From positions 434,001 to 498,000 of the forward strand of contig OU015566.1 in the NCBI GenBank assembly GCA_907165135.1: DNA of 64,000 nucleotides, in the 5' to 3' direction. A model generated the notes under the pieces. The model was not told the DNA's origin. It ran no database searches and worked only from the letters and a program-made list of their open reading frames with translations. The position numbers and the translations under genes are program-made. This stretch comes from Oikopleura dioica. Its lineage: Eukaryota > Animalia > Chordata. This document shows, piece by piece, positions 1 through 12,600 of this stretch. Within the stretch, counting starts at the first letter, position 1; each line of letters starts with the position of its first letter.

Positions 1-1467
1 AGAGGCAGTTGGAACTTCCTTAACTTGAGAGAGCAAAATTCAGTCAAGGATTCGTCTTTGACCGAAGAGATTCTCACTTATCAAAGTTTAATTTGTACCC
101 TTTCCAGAACACCAAAAATCAATGTTTCAAATTAAATTGAATTTTTTGATTAAGTGATCAAAGCTGATCTTCGGATGAAAAATCTTTATATGTTTTTCTT
201 AGTTCCTTATTCCTGTTTTTTCACGAAAAAGGCAGGCAAGAGACGACAATTTTCGGCAAATGCCTGTTGTATGCACAAAAAAAAGGAAAAAAATCATTGT
301 CATCCGGCTCAACATGAAAAATGTGCATTTTAAGGGACCCCCGATTTCTCAAGTCTTAATGACGGGTGTCTATGCGGCATTTTTAGAATCCTCGTGTTCT
401 GAGGATCATTTTGATATATTATATGTTCCCCTTACGAGCATTTTTACCCAAAATTTTGAGCCTCGAAAATCGTAAAAATGCATGTAATTTGTACTCAGCG
501 TGGAAATCACATTTTTTTCGACTTTTCGATGTCATCGAAAATAGACGTGTAAGGAGTCTTTCGAACGTTTACAGTGCACTGAGTAAGAATATGATAACCG
601 CATTCGGATTTTCGGCCATATATCGGCGCTAGAGAGCAATTTAGAGCCAGAAAAGGGCCAAAATGGCATCAAAAAGTTTTTGTTAAGAAAAAATTTCTCT
701 TACTTGACCAAACGATGTCTCTGTACTAGAGATTGTTGATAAGGGATCAAGAAAGAAAATAAAAATTGATTTAAGTCTCTATATAAGAGCAAAAAAAAAC
801 TAGTTCGACTTTGAAAAAGGCCCAAAACGGGGGTTTTCGCGAGTATCTATGTATTCAGCCCGCTTTTTCGAGGTGTTTGCCCTTATGAAAATTTTTTTCT
901 GTACTAGAGTTTGTTCACTGAGAAACGGGCTTCAAAATGAGCCATTAACCATTTAAAAAGCTTAGCCCAGAAAAAAGTAGTTCGACGTCAAAGTTGGCGA
1001 AATCGGGGGATCCCTAAAGGCCACTTTTGAAATTTGCTGTCATCCAAAAATCGGCCTTAAAATGGGTTTTCACTGTAAGTCAAAAATTTATACTTTTTAT
1101 AAAGAACTACTGTCGTGGATTTTTATCCGACGCCAATGACTCATTAAAAAAGAGGAAAGTCAAGGCCACGTTGCAGGCATTATGAGTCATATGCGCCGAA
1201 AAAGATCAAAGAATGTAGTCGCAACAAGAATCTGACTCTTTCGACAATTTATAGCGGCAATAATTATCGGTCATATTATAATTTTCGATCGAGCAGAAAA
1301 AGATTATTCTCGATTTTTTGAGGAAAATTGTTGACGGGAGGGGGGTGGTCCTTAAACAAATTAATTTCCTACGTCGATTTAAACTATCGGGGTTATTTTC
1401 AGTGTGGTTTCTTAATTGAACCAAAATCAGTTCGCCAGAAGGAGCCGATATAAATCTTCGAAAAGCA

Positions 1468-2692
1468 ATGTTTCACCAATACATAAAAATATTAAAAAGC
1501 CGTCCAATACTCGTAAGACATGAACATGAAAGTGGATCTGGCGAGTCAAGACGTACTTACACAACATATGAGCCTCCGAAATTTGCTATGGTCGAATCAA
1601 ATTTTTCTGAACCTTCGCCGGATTTTGTTTGCTTTTTCATTACCGAAATTCTTCCCGGTAACATGCGTTTTATGCGGGCAAAATTTATTAAATTATTAAG
1701 GAAAACCGAGGAATACTGAAGCTTGTTGCTGTTGCTCAAATCCGTTTGACGACCGATTGTATCAATTTCCAGTGAAAACAGATATTTGCGGCTATAAATC
1801 TGGCTGGAATGAGCTGATGCCTATTTCAGAAGAAGACATGATGATAATGGAATGCGTGAGTGTTTGCTACTCAAAAATATTTTTAATAATTTTCAGACTG
1901 GCTGGAATCAACAACAACTTTGGGCCGGAATGAAGGAAGTTCAACGCGCTTGTAAGTAGGATAATAAAATCAAAAAAACCAAAAGTGGATATAAAACAAT
2001 TGTCCGCACCAGGGTCGGTTAATACGTGCTTAAATAAAGGCTGCTAAATGGCGCCGACAACACTTATGGTGCTTTTGGCGGGTAGGCAGTATTTTTCCGC
2101 AAAATTCGCCGAATCGTCTCTATCTTCGAATTGGAGGACTTTATTTGATGCTGAAACTCAAACCTTAATCCGCACCCAAACCAAAACTAAGGCCGATTTT
2201 CGGATGACAGCGAATTCCAAAAATGGCCTTAAAATGGATATTTTTTGTCTCGAGTCGGATGACAACAAATGAAACTCTTGGAAACACGAGATATAACGCA
2301 GTCGAATAATTTAAGTTTTTTCAAGTGACACTGTTTTTTTCAGATATTGAATAGAAATTGAAAGAAAGTGGCCTAAAAATGGATTTTTTGAGAATGACGG
2401 ATTTTTGGGATTTTCCGAAAAAGTGGCCTTAAAAAGGCCGGCCTTAAAATAGGTTATCACTGTAATATCATACTAAAAATGACCAAAAGCGCTGATTTTT
2501 CGTAAAGCTTTGTAAAAATTGCTTTTTGACTATGGTGCGGACAATTTACGTTCCGAGATAAAGCCTGCATTCAAAAATATGAATATTTAAGTGGACAAGA
2601 CTTATTGGACTTCAATCTTCTGTCGATCCCTATGGCTTGTCCTGTTTGTTGTTGGATGGTATTTCGCGATTAAAGACATGACTTCAAACTGA
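1468..2692 (+). CDS. Unknown spliced gene, Cys-rich stretch plus C-terminal hydrophobic segment (5' and 3' ends uncertain)
   Basis: Phase-compatible GT-AG exons ?-1657, 1701-1855, 1897-1951, 2592-2692 (introns of 43 and 41 nt, then 640 nt) give ...EILPGKPRNTEACCCCSNPFDDRLYQFPVKTDICGYKSGWNELMPISEEDMMIMECTGWNQQQLWAGMKEVQRALDKTYWTSIFCRSLWLVLFVVGWYFAIKDMTSN*. Further coding-like sequence at about 2840-2965 (HNPEYFVIPGGYSIFWPE...) and AATAAA near 3053 suggest the 3' end may extend. No family recognised. Confidence 0.55.
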
Positions 2693-3115
2693 TCTTTCTG
2701 AATTCCCATAAATTAATGAAAATTGTATAAGCTTACCAGTGACGTCCTGTTAAATTTATTCTTTCAAGTTTTACATTTTCTAACAACAAAAATATATCTC
2801 TTTTTGTCATGTTTATAGTATATTTTATAAGTTTACTGACACAATCCGGAGTATTTTGTGATTCCGGGAGGTTATTCTATTTTTTGGCCGGAAAATACTA
2901 AGCCCCGGCCGGAAACACCTCCTGAGATGCGGTCGAAAGCCAACATGAAGAAAGCTTATCGATAGATAGCTCTTTGCCAATCTTCAAGTAAACATCCATG
3001 AATACATACTTTAAGAATTATAAGAAACAATCAACATGTATTTTTTGCTTTTAATAAATACTTAATTTCAACAGAGACAGGTACAAATACATGGAGTCAA
3101 AAAAACGTCTCTTAA

Positions 3116-3808
3116 GGGGGAGTATAACGCTTTTTTGAAAGTCGGTATTTTAATCATCTCTCTCAAGATTCTTGTAGCTTAGGCCTGGACTACTAAAAAA
3201 GATAATAATTTTTTTTCTTATTTTTCAGAAAAAGTACCTTAGAATGACATTTAAAGTTGTTTAACCGCGCCTAGTGAAATTTTCCCGCGACATTCTGTAT
3301 TAATTTTCTTTATCCAGAGTCGTATATTTTTTTCATTTTTATGAATTTTTTCAATCAGAGATGAATGTTCTCACAAGAAAAAAGCAAAAATATCCTACTC
3401 GTCATTTTTAACTACCGATTGACCTCATGAAAATCTTCATTTTTGGAACCACTTCTGCAAAAAAAAAATTTTGTTGAGAATTTTTAGAGTTTACAAAATT
3501 TCCTTTAAAACAGCCCTAGATAAGGGAATGAAGTTTCTAAAACCATTAGCGTTTTCATGATTGAAAATTAATTTCTTAGAAAAATTTCAATTCTCCGAGA
3601 GGCCAAAATCGCAATTTTTTGAAAACGGGATTCAGTTTCAGCTTTCTACTGCCAAAACCGCTTGAATTAATGAGAATCCGAGAAAAACAGCCCTAGATAT
3701 TGGTCATATCTAACTACTCGAGGAAGAATTTTTGGGATAGCTAAGGTGCTCTGGAAATAAGAGCAAATCTCCGATCCCCCTTTAGCCGAAAATGCGTGAT
3801 ACTCCCCC
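3116..3808. mobile_element. TTAA-flanked MITE (GGGGGAGTAT termini)
   Basis: TTAA at 3112-3115 and 3809-3812; inverted ends gggggagtataacgc / gcgtgatactccccc. Shares its right TTAA with the next MITE. Confidence 0.7.
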
Positions 3809-3812
3809 TTAA

Positions 3813-4206
3813 GGGGGGGGGGTCGACGAGAATCGGGATTTTTAGAAACAAAATTCCGAGAAAACCTGATTGGCTGGAAAAATTTGGACTTTTTAGTTGA
3901 AAAGAAAAGGGTTGAAAAAATCTATCGGCGAAAAGAAGAAAAAATTTTGACCAGAAAAAATGGCCGAAAACTTGTCTCAAAGTGGACCCCAAATTGCCAT
4001 TTTGGCAATTTTCTGATTTTTTCGTCATTTTTTTTCGGACACTTTTGGTAAAGAAGTGCACAAAATTTCTGCGAAGACTCGCGAAACTCTTTGCCGATAG
4101 ATTCTTAATACCCTTTTTTTCCCAACCGAGAAGTCAAAATAAACTTACGCAATCGGGTTTTTCGGGAAATTTGTTTTTAAGATTCTTATTCTCGTTGACC
4201 TCCCCC
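3813..4206. mobile_element. TTAA-flanked MITE family A, copy 1
   Basis: TIR GGGGG..GTCGACGAGAAT / ATTCTCGT(T/C)GACCTCCCCC with TTAA on both sides; homologous to 6726-7117 and 7961-8349. TTAA target with purine termini resembles Kolobok-type non-autonomous elements (inference). Confidence 0.85.
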
Positions 4207-6725
4207 TTAAACTCATAATAACAATATAAATACATTTTTCGTAAATAAATAAAATAAACCTAAATGTGATTCTTGACATTTATGCATAAAGAATATTAAA
4301 AGAGACGTTTTCAAAACGAAGAGGGGGTTATAATTCGGGCCTATGATTCGAGCCATCCAATATCTCTAGAATCTGAGCTAATGGTTAGGGTTAGGGACTG
4401 GGAACTCTTCAGGGGGGTCCGGGGGGCGAAGCCCTCTAGTTTAGGCCTTAGATTGGGGTCCCGGGGGGCGTAGCCCCCTTGGTTAGGTTTAGGCTTAGGG
4501 GCAGCCCGAATGATAACCCCCTACTACCTTTCAAAAAAATATCGAGTCAAAAAAACGTCTCTTCTAAAAGAAATTCAATTAAGTAAGTATTTTAAATTTT
4601 TTGTTCACACATCTGTTTCTAGACTAATAATTGTTGATTTTTAAAAGTTATTTAAAATTGTTATACTCTTATTTTAAAAAATCTTTCTCAAACTAACAAT
4701 CGTTAGTCTAGATACTTATCTGCGCAGGAAATATCGGAAACACTCATATAAATATATTTATCTCATAGAAGACGCTTTTCATCTTCACAAATATATAATC
4801 GTATCTATATCAAATAGCAAACTATATCAAACAGTATGATTTATTTTGAATTCAGGTATCGCATGCGAGCGATACATGTGAGCAGAGTTCGAAATCTGAA
4901 AAGAAATAGCGACTGCCACTGCCAAGCGACTGCAAGCCTTTTTTGCCAAGTGACTGCCGAAATCGGCAGCTGCCACTTGCAGCTGCCAGTTGACTGCCAA
5001 AAACTGCCGATTTCGATACTTTTTGTAAAAATTTTTACAGTCAAACTAAATTCAAAACAGTCGTTTTGACAAGTTGGCAATATAAAAGAAATATTATCAT
5101 AAATATAAATGTCTCTTCTGATAGGAAAAATGGAATAAAATAGGTCACGGGAGCAAAATTTGGTCATTTACGTTATTTTTCTTTGTCATTCTAGAAAGAA
5201 AAACTAATATCTTTTGAAGTGGCAGTCGGTTGGCAGCATTGATCCAAATGCATTGATCCAAATGCCGACTTTATCTATTTGGATAAACTATATGGATAAA
5301 CTCGGCATTTGGATAAAGTCCACCCCAATCGTTGGCAGCTGTCAGTTACTGCCAGTCCTTGAAAAGTGTAACTGCCACTGCCAAGTGACTGCCAAAATTG
5401 GCAGCTGCCAGTTGCAGTCGTGGCAGAACTGCCAGCAAATTTCGATTTCTGCATATAAGAAGACTCGATTTATTCTTGAATGTCTCTTTTGAAATTTAGT
5501 TTCGATAATTTGCCAACAACAATTTGATAACGGTTTTTTTTCTTCTTTTGTAAACCCCAGTTTTCTAAACATTTTCTTTATTTAAATTGACCAAAAATTT
5601 TAATTGACCAAAAATGGTAAACTAGGCAAAATAGGCGATACGATGATAAAATTTGCAATTAGTCGAAGAAAAATATATCGAAGAAAAAATTTTAAGGCCC
5701 TACGTCGGGAAATTTTTCTGAAGACTTATGCACCCCCGTCAGCTTTTTCGAAAAATTGATTTTCGGAATTTCACTATTTTGACCCCGGAAATGGATTCCA
5801 CGTGTAAAAAAACGATTTTGAGGCCTCATTTTTTGAGGGTCTTTCTCGACTCCTTTTTTTTAAATTTTTGAGTTTTCTTGATCAAAACTTGCTTATGTCA
5901 AGATTTTATACTTTATCTAACTTCCAGACGCATTCAGAACAAAAAATATGGCTTTTTTAAAAATATTCATTTTTTGAAGAAAAAAGCTGACGGGGGGGGT
6001 CCTTATGAGCACTTTTGTGGACATTTGTGGACATTGTGTTTTATATTATCCAGAAAATGTATTTTTGGATGTCAACTTGAAGATTCGCAATTTAGAAATT
6101 CACAACACATGCAGGTGCCTCGTCCCGCCACGGTCCCGAAATGGAGCAAAACTGGGCAGTTGTCAGTTGTTTCGCACCTAAACCGTCGCTTTGATGCGAT
6201 TTCTTGATTTCCGATTATAAATAAGCGCTCGAGACGTTTATTCTTATCGCGAAAAAAATTTGAGCCGCAACTGAAAAAACGAAAGAAGATCACCCTTTCA
6301 AAAATCTTGAAAGCTATAAGTAAACGTGTCGAGTGTAGGGCGCCCTAAGGGTTACCTCAGTATTTGTAATAAAGATAACAGAATTTTAAGCATCATTTTA
6401 AGGAAAAATCGAATTCAGACGGCTCAATTTACAGTATTTTAACAAAATTTACTGTAGAATGTTACTGTTCAAAATATTTTCTTTTTGATATTTGATTTAT
6501 AGACTGCGCTCTTTTCAATGTCGTATTTTGAATTTCTGTTTTAAAATTTTACTGATTAGGATCATCAGACTTTTGACAATAGAGCTAGAAGTCCTCAAAA
6601 AAAAAGTTCAAATGCAATTTATTTTTCATATATAGAATACAAAGACAAAATAAAAACGAAAATGTCTTGGCAAAAGAACTCCTCAAACTCATAATTACCT
6701 TTAACTTTCGTTTTTATGAGCTTAA

Positions 6726-7117
6726 GGGGCGGGTCGACGAGAATCGGAATTTTTAAACCAATTTTCCCGAAAAACCCGATTCTGTAAACATATTTTGACT
6801 TATCAGGTGAGAACAGAAGGGTATTTAGAAGACAGCGGCAACGAGTTTCACGAGTTTTTGCAGGAATTTCGTGCACTTCATTACCAAATGTAGCATAAAA
6901 AAAATAGCGAAAAAATCGCAAAATTGCCAAAATTGCGATTTGGGGTCCACTTTGAGACACGATTACGCCCATTTTTTCTGGACAAAATTTTTTCTAGTTT
7001 TCGCCCCTGTATTTTTCAAACCCTTTTCTACTCACCTGACCAATCAGAATTTTTCATTCAAAGCTAGTTTTTCCGGAATTTTGGTTGAAAAAATCCCGAT
7101 TCTCGTCGACCTCCCCC
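6726..7117. mobile_element. TTAA-flanked MITE family A, copy 2
   Basis: Same TIRs and TTAA flanks as 3813-4206; explains ORFs 6619-6972 and 6871-7236. Confidence 0.85.
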
Positions 7118-7186
7118 TTAACTGTACTTCTTATTTGTATTTATTGATAAATTTTGAGATATTTTTGAAGGAATCAATTTTTCTCT

Positions 7187-9121
7187 TCAACGATTGTAAA
7201 CATCAACTCTCATACTTCCGACTCCAGGAGAGCTAGATCCGGAGTAAAAATTTCCGAAGAAAACCAAATCGAACTGATCGTATATTTCCACATCGATCTC
7301 GTCATTGCCGCAGAATTTCTGTCCTAAAATATTTCGTCAGTTTTGAACAATTGCTTGTCTGAATACCATTTAGGCACGAACTAAAATAGGGAAGTAATAA
7401 GCTAGGAAGTGACAAAAAAGGAAGTGCATTTTCTGAAGACCAATAAGATCTCTGCATTTGGCCTACCGGCCAATGAAAACCCATTTCAAAAAAATCACTT
7501 CCTTTTTTGTCACTTCCTAGCTTATTACTTCCTTATTTTGGTTCGGCCCACCATTTATTTCAACGAAGGCATCCTCGCATGAAAAACTCGATAACGAAAC
7601 ACTTCCTCTTGCTAAAATTATCTTAAGAAAAATAATTTACTTCATTTTTGTACCGGAGATACGAGAATTACTCGGGTTTAGAATCGTCAAGCTGCAGTCA
7701 AGTCCCGCAATGGAGGGGTCGATAAAGGATTCGTATTTGTCTCCATTGAATGCAATTTGATTTGCAGGGAATGTAAGGTGATTGGTGGGAGGGCCATCAA
7801 CAAAGTGTCCGCACCAATTTTGAGGTGATGGCTCGACGTTCGACAAGATGACAAATCCAGCGATTCCAGCAGCGGCGATTATTATAACCAGACAGCAGCA
7901 AATTGATGCGCAGCATTTCGATGCGTTCGACTCTATTATAATAATTTTCTCTTGGATTAAGGGGGGTCCACGAGAATCGGGATTTTCTCAACCAAAATTT
8001 CGAAAAAACCTGATTGGTTGAAAAAATTTTGATTATTTAGGTGAAAAGAAAAGAGTTTGAAGAATACATCGGGGAGGATGAAAAAAATTTTGACCAGAAA
8101 AAATGGTGGTAAACTTGTCTCAAAGAGGACCCAAAATTGGCATTTTGGCAATTTTCTAATATTTTCATCAATTTTCTCCTGCCACATCTGGTAAAGAAGT
8201 GCACGAAATTTCTGTAAACACACGTTTATTGTATACCCAATGTATTTTTCAAAGGCTTTTCTTGCCACATTTCAAATCAAAAAATTTCCATCATTTCAGG
8301 TTCTTCAGGAAATTTGGTCTTAAAATTCTGATTCTCGTCGACCTCCCCCTTAAAATTGCTCTTACTTTGCTTATCTTCCTGATAAGACGAAACTGGTTGG
8401 TTTGCGCTCTGGTTGAAATTCGTGTTTGAAAATTGTTGACCTGGAGCTGGAGATGGCTGTAAATTGGAACTTTGAAAGGATGGTGGAGGATTCGGCTTCA
8501 TTTTCTCCAATTTTTTTTTCAAAATTAATATTACTTTAAAGATTTTCAACGGGAAACTCTGACAATTCAGGATGATGTTCAGCATCTATATAATGGACTT
8601 AACCAATTCTTGGAAGTGAACTTTTGGATAACCATTAAGATTGCTGTATTTGGCCTACCGGCCAATCAAAACCCTTTCCATAAATATCTGTTCCAAAAAT
8701 TGGTTTTACCCAATATAATATAGACTATATTAGAGAGTCTTTAAGGATTTGAAAAAAAACATATATTTTCGGAAAAATGGCTCATCTTATACAGAGGCTT
8801 TAATCTATTCAAATCTTGCCGTGAAAAAAAATTATCTTCATTTAAAACGATGGCTTCATTTCATCAATTTTGAAACTATTTGAATTCTTCATTAAGAATG
8901 CTTCATTTTATCAAAAAAAAAGAATGAAACGGAGTATATGGATCAGATGAAGCCGAATCGTTTGCGATTCGGTTGAAATTCGAGTTTGAAAACTGTTGAA
9001 CTGGAGCTGGAGATGGCTGATAATTGGAACTTGGAAAGGATGGTGGAGAGCTATAAGAACTGTCCCCGTAGGTGTATGTCGAACCCCAAGGGTTTTCTTG
9101 ATTTTGGCCGTAGTACGACAT
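7187..9121 (-). CDS. Type II membrane protein with Pro/Ser/Gln-rich N-terminus, Cys-rich TM and CUB-like domain (cluster gene 1)
   Basis: Exons 9121-~8931 (MSYYGQNQENPW...; junction to next exon unresolved), 8495-8366, 7932-7672 (KSNASKCCASICCCLVIIIAAAGIAGFVIL...DCSLTILNP), 7611-7552, 7323-7187 (SCEDAFVEINGQKFCG...VDVYNR*). The last four junctions are GT-AG and phase-compatible. Confidence 0.75.
7375..7546. mobile_element. Small foldback element in intron
   Basis: About 50-bp near-perfect inverted arms (aaatagggaagtaataagctaggaagtgacaaaaaaggaagtg / cacttccttttttgtcacttcctagcttattacttccttattt). Confidence 0.7.
7961..8349. mobile_element. TTAA-flanked MITE family A, copy 3 (intronic)
   Basis: Same TIRs and TTAA flanks; lies in the intron 7933-8365. 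Confidence 0.85.
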
Positions 9122-9606
9122 TTTGAAACTGAATAATGAAGGAGCAACAGAATAAAATACAAATTTTATTCTAGAAATTATCAACATTTAGAGTTGTTTT
9201 AAAAACTCGAACTTTCTTTTGCTTTTTTGTCGACCCCACCGTCAAGTTAAGGAGGTGTGCGGCGGTAAAAAATGAACTCTCTAGGGACTGACCTCGAAAT
9301 ACCTCGAATAATTCTGAACAATTATAGGCTCCTCTATTATTTGAGGTTGGCCTTAAAACTCCCTTCTAACTCATGAATGAGCTCAATTTTCATCAAGCTT
9401 ATGAGAGAAGAGTAATGAGAAAAATAATGAGCCTTCGGGAAAACTGTATCCACAACGTATATATTATTTGTAACATATTTTCTAGCAAAGATTCTTCATT
9501 CAAGAAATAATTTTGTTTGAAAGATATCAGTGTACGTATTGAAAGATCAACTTTGCAATTCGATTAAAGAATGAGTTTTGATTTATTTTTAAAAATTAAA
9601 AAGAAA

Positions 9607-12600
9607 TTAATATCGATCAATATTTTTAAATCGTTTTTCCGCTTCTTTCTTGAGTTTCGAAATTTGACTTCTTGTGGGTCGTTGTGCAGGATCCTTTGTG
9701 GTGATGAGAGACTCATTGAGAGTCGAGTTCGATGAAGAGATGGATCGTGCTATAAAAGAACTTGGAGATAGAAATTGAAATAAATCAAACCATTTGGATC
9801 TTCTTCCCAAATCCACAGTTCAAATCCAGCATGCTGGTCTTCGTTGGGATTCTCATCGCTATGCCAGTATACGTCGATTTCAGTTTGATCAGTCGACCAT
9901 CCAAGAATCATGTTTAAACCCATTACATCATTCGAAAGCTTAAATTTTATTAAAAGATATTGAAATATATATTAAGCATCGAAATTCTGGAAATTTTCCT
10001 GCAGAGAAAGAATTTTCAGTCTTTTTACGATTATGAGTTTATTATTATTTTTTTTAATAAAGATTTGATAAAAGAAAACTTATGTTATATAAGGAACGGG
10101 ACTTTTTATGAGTTTTTAAGAAGAGCAAGATCAAGCTCTATAGATCGGGGTTCTAAATCTAATCCCGAACTCTGTAGTCTAAGTCTCGTCTAGTCTAGTT
10201 TGAAGCATTTTCAAAATTGCTAGTCTAAGTCTAATCTTGTCTTGAGATTTTTCAAAATTGCTAGTCTTAGTCTAGTCTAGTCTGTATTATGAATTTTAGA
10301 CATGTTTTAAAAGCAATAATTAAGCTAAATACGATGACTTGAGTCAAAAAAATTGAAATTTATGCATTCTCATATGCTAAAATAAAATCAGGGCGCGTCA
10401 AAACTGATGTTAACGTCCGATAATGGACTCTGTCTCCTCAGATTTTTTAGTCTTAGTCTAGTCTAGTCTTGCCGACTATCTTTGAGATCCGAGTTAGTCT
10501 AGTCTTACTAGTCTTTAAAACTAAGACTACAACCTGGGGACATTTCTAGCCCTATGAGTCACCCATATTATTTCTGAGCTCTCCATGGCTCATTGGCCGC
10601 TTGACTCGAGGCGCGCTATCGAAAATTCCTGTAGCCAACAACAAGACCGAGTCAAGCAAGTTATGAGTCACCAAACCGGGCTAAAAATGTCCCCAAGGAG
10701 TAGACTAGGCTAGGTCCTAGCCGGGCTAGGACTTTAGTCCGAATCAGACTCGTCTATTTTGAACCCTGCTGTAGATGTCGGGGTCTGCATTGACGATCAA
10801 AATTTTGGCTCTTTTGGCCCAATTTGATAAGGAAATTTTAAAAAATAAAGTTTTCTCTAAGATCAGGCGCGGAGCGCACCTAAGCGCCTGTGTAATGTAA
10901 AATACTGATACATTTTTTCATGTGCAGACCGTACGCGCCCTACATCCAGTTCGTCCTCAAAGATTTATTTTTTCGAGCTGCCGAGAAAAATTTTAAGCGA
11001 TTTGGATGAAACTTTTTTTGGGGCAATGTATCAAACTTCTGGACATTTTTGAGCAAATCGAATAATGTCCAGAAATTTCATAATAATTAACCATAGTTAA
11101 TTTCAATCTGACTGACGAAAGACGCAGAAAGCGGGCGATTTTTTCTTCTTTTTGCTCATTGCAACTTATTCTGTCAAATTTTTGCCACAATTAAGGGTTT
11201 GAGCTACTTGTTGGATAAATTTGAGACCTAGTCTTCAATGGGATAGTTCCTTCACTATGCAAACAAAAAAGCGTAAATCGATATCGACGCCCTGAAATTT
11301 ATCTCTCGCTTTTCCTGACAATAGTCTCAATAGATAGATAATTAATTGAATTTTCAAAAATATAAAATAATTTTCGAGAAAAAATTAATTTGTTAACAAA
11401 TTAAAACGACAAAAATTCTTCTTATTATCGTACATGAATATTGTTGTTTTTTTTTTCAAATATAAATTTCTTTAATATTCTGCGATAATATTTGTTTCTT
11501 AAAATTATTTGATTAATACTTACATAGGAGTATCCACAAATATTTTCTTCAACTGTTTCAATTTGAAGGTAGTCTCCGCACTCAGGGTCAATATCGAGGA
11601 TGTTGAGGTAGTAGTAAAGAGGAAATCCGTTCGATTTGACAGTCACTAAAATATCCAATTTTCAAACGCCACTTTGAGGGTGAAGGAGGAATTGTTTTTT
11701 GACCCAAAGCATCCATTTTCGGGGTCAAAATTTTGAAATTCCTATAATAAATTTTTCGAAAAGTGTTGACGGGGGGGTCCTTAATAATATTTTGCCAATT
11801 CGACAAATAATTATTTTCTATCCAAAATGAGAGAAGATTTTATAAAAAGTTCTTGCTCCAGAACAAAAAAGGTATAAAATTCATAATTGTCTAGAAATTA
11901 AAAAATTTGAAATTGTTCATTGTTAAGCCAACTGAGGCTTTCATAACTTACGCCCACAGCTCATGTCATCAGCGTAAAATTCCTCCGGTTCTTCGCCACC
12001 CGCTTGAGCTTCTTCAGACATGGCCTGTTCCAGCCATCCAGCAAAGTTCATTGGTGGTGTTAAAATGAGCATCTTTCCAGGCGAGAGAATAGAAACAGGG
12101 ATGTAAAATATTGAAATTTGGATTTGAAATTAACCAAGTCAAAGGTTATCATTAAATTATTGGTCTATATGCGCTCTGAGCCTGATATCATAGAAAAACT
12201 TATTTTTGATATGGATTCACAAAAATGTGACTATTCCAATCACAAATATACAATCAATATGCGTCTCCCATCTTAGAAATGACCTATTCTTTATTTTACT
12301 TATCTATTTCTTTTTATTACTATATCTTTACAAACCGGTGGAAAACTGGAGAAGAGGAGAATTTTTATGAAAAATATTTATTTTTTGAAAAAGATCTGAA
12401 TTTTTTGAAAGAATAATGAATTAATATCTTCTGAGCTTAGCGAAAATGTGATCGTTGAAGTACAATGTATTTATAGAGGTCTTTTCATTAATGAAATAAC
12501 TATAAAATGACTGTGACATTTTCAAAAATATACAAAGTATTTTACATCCCAGAGTAAACGGATTATCTGCTGAACAAATTGTTTCTTGTGACGAGAATGC

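Noticed and set aside
4885-4900. Repeated GAGTTCGAAAT resembling a Pol III B box
   Set aside because: It recurs at the ends of dispersed repeats without an A box or cloverleaf, so it is more likely a transposon terminal motif.
4836-5572. ORFs rich in WQ/CQ/LP
   Set aside because: They translate a TGGCAG/CTGCCA-rich dispersed repeat also found near 13780, 31670, 34070 and 35350.
11230-11291. Alternative terminal exon GVDIDLRFF... for cluster gene 2
   Set aside because: Exon 9938-9791 supplies the expected CUB C-terminal motifs in the right phase.
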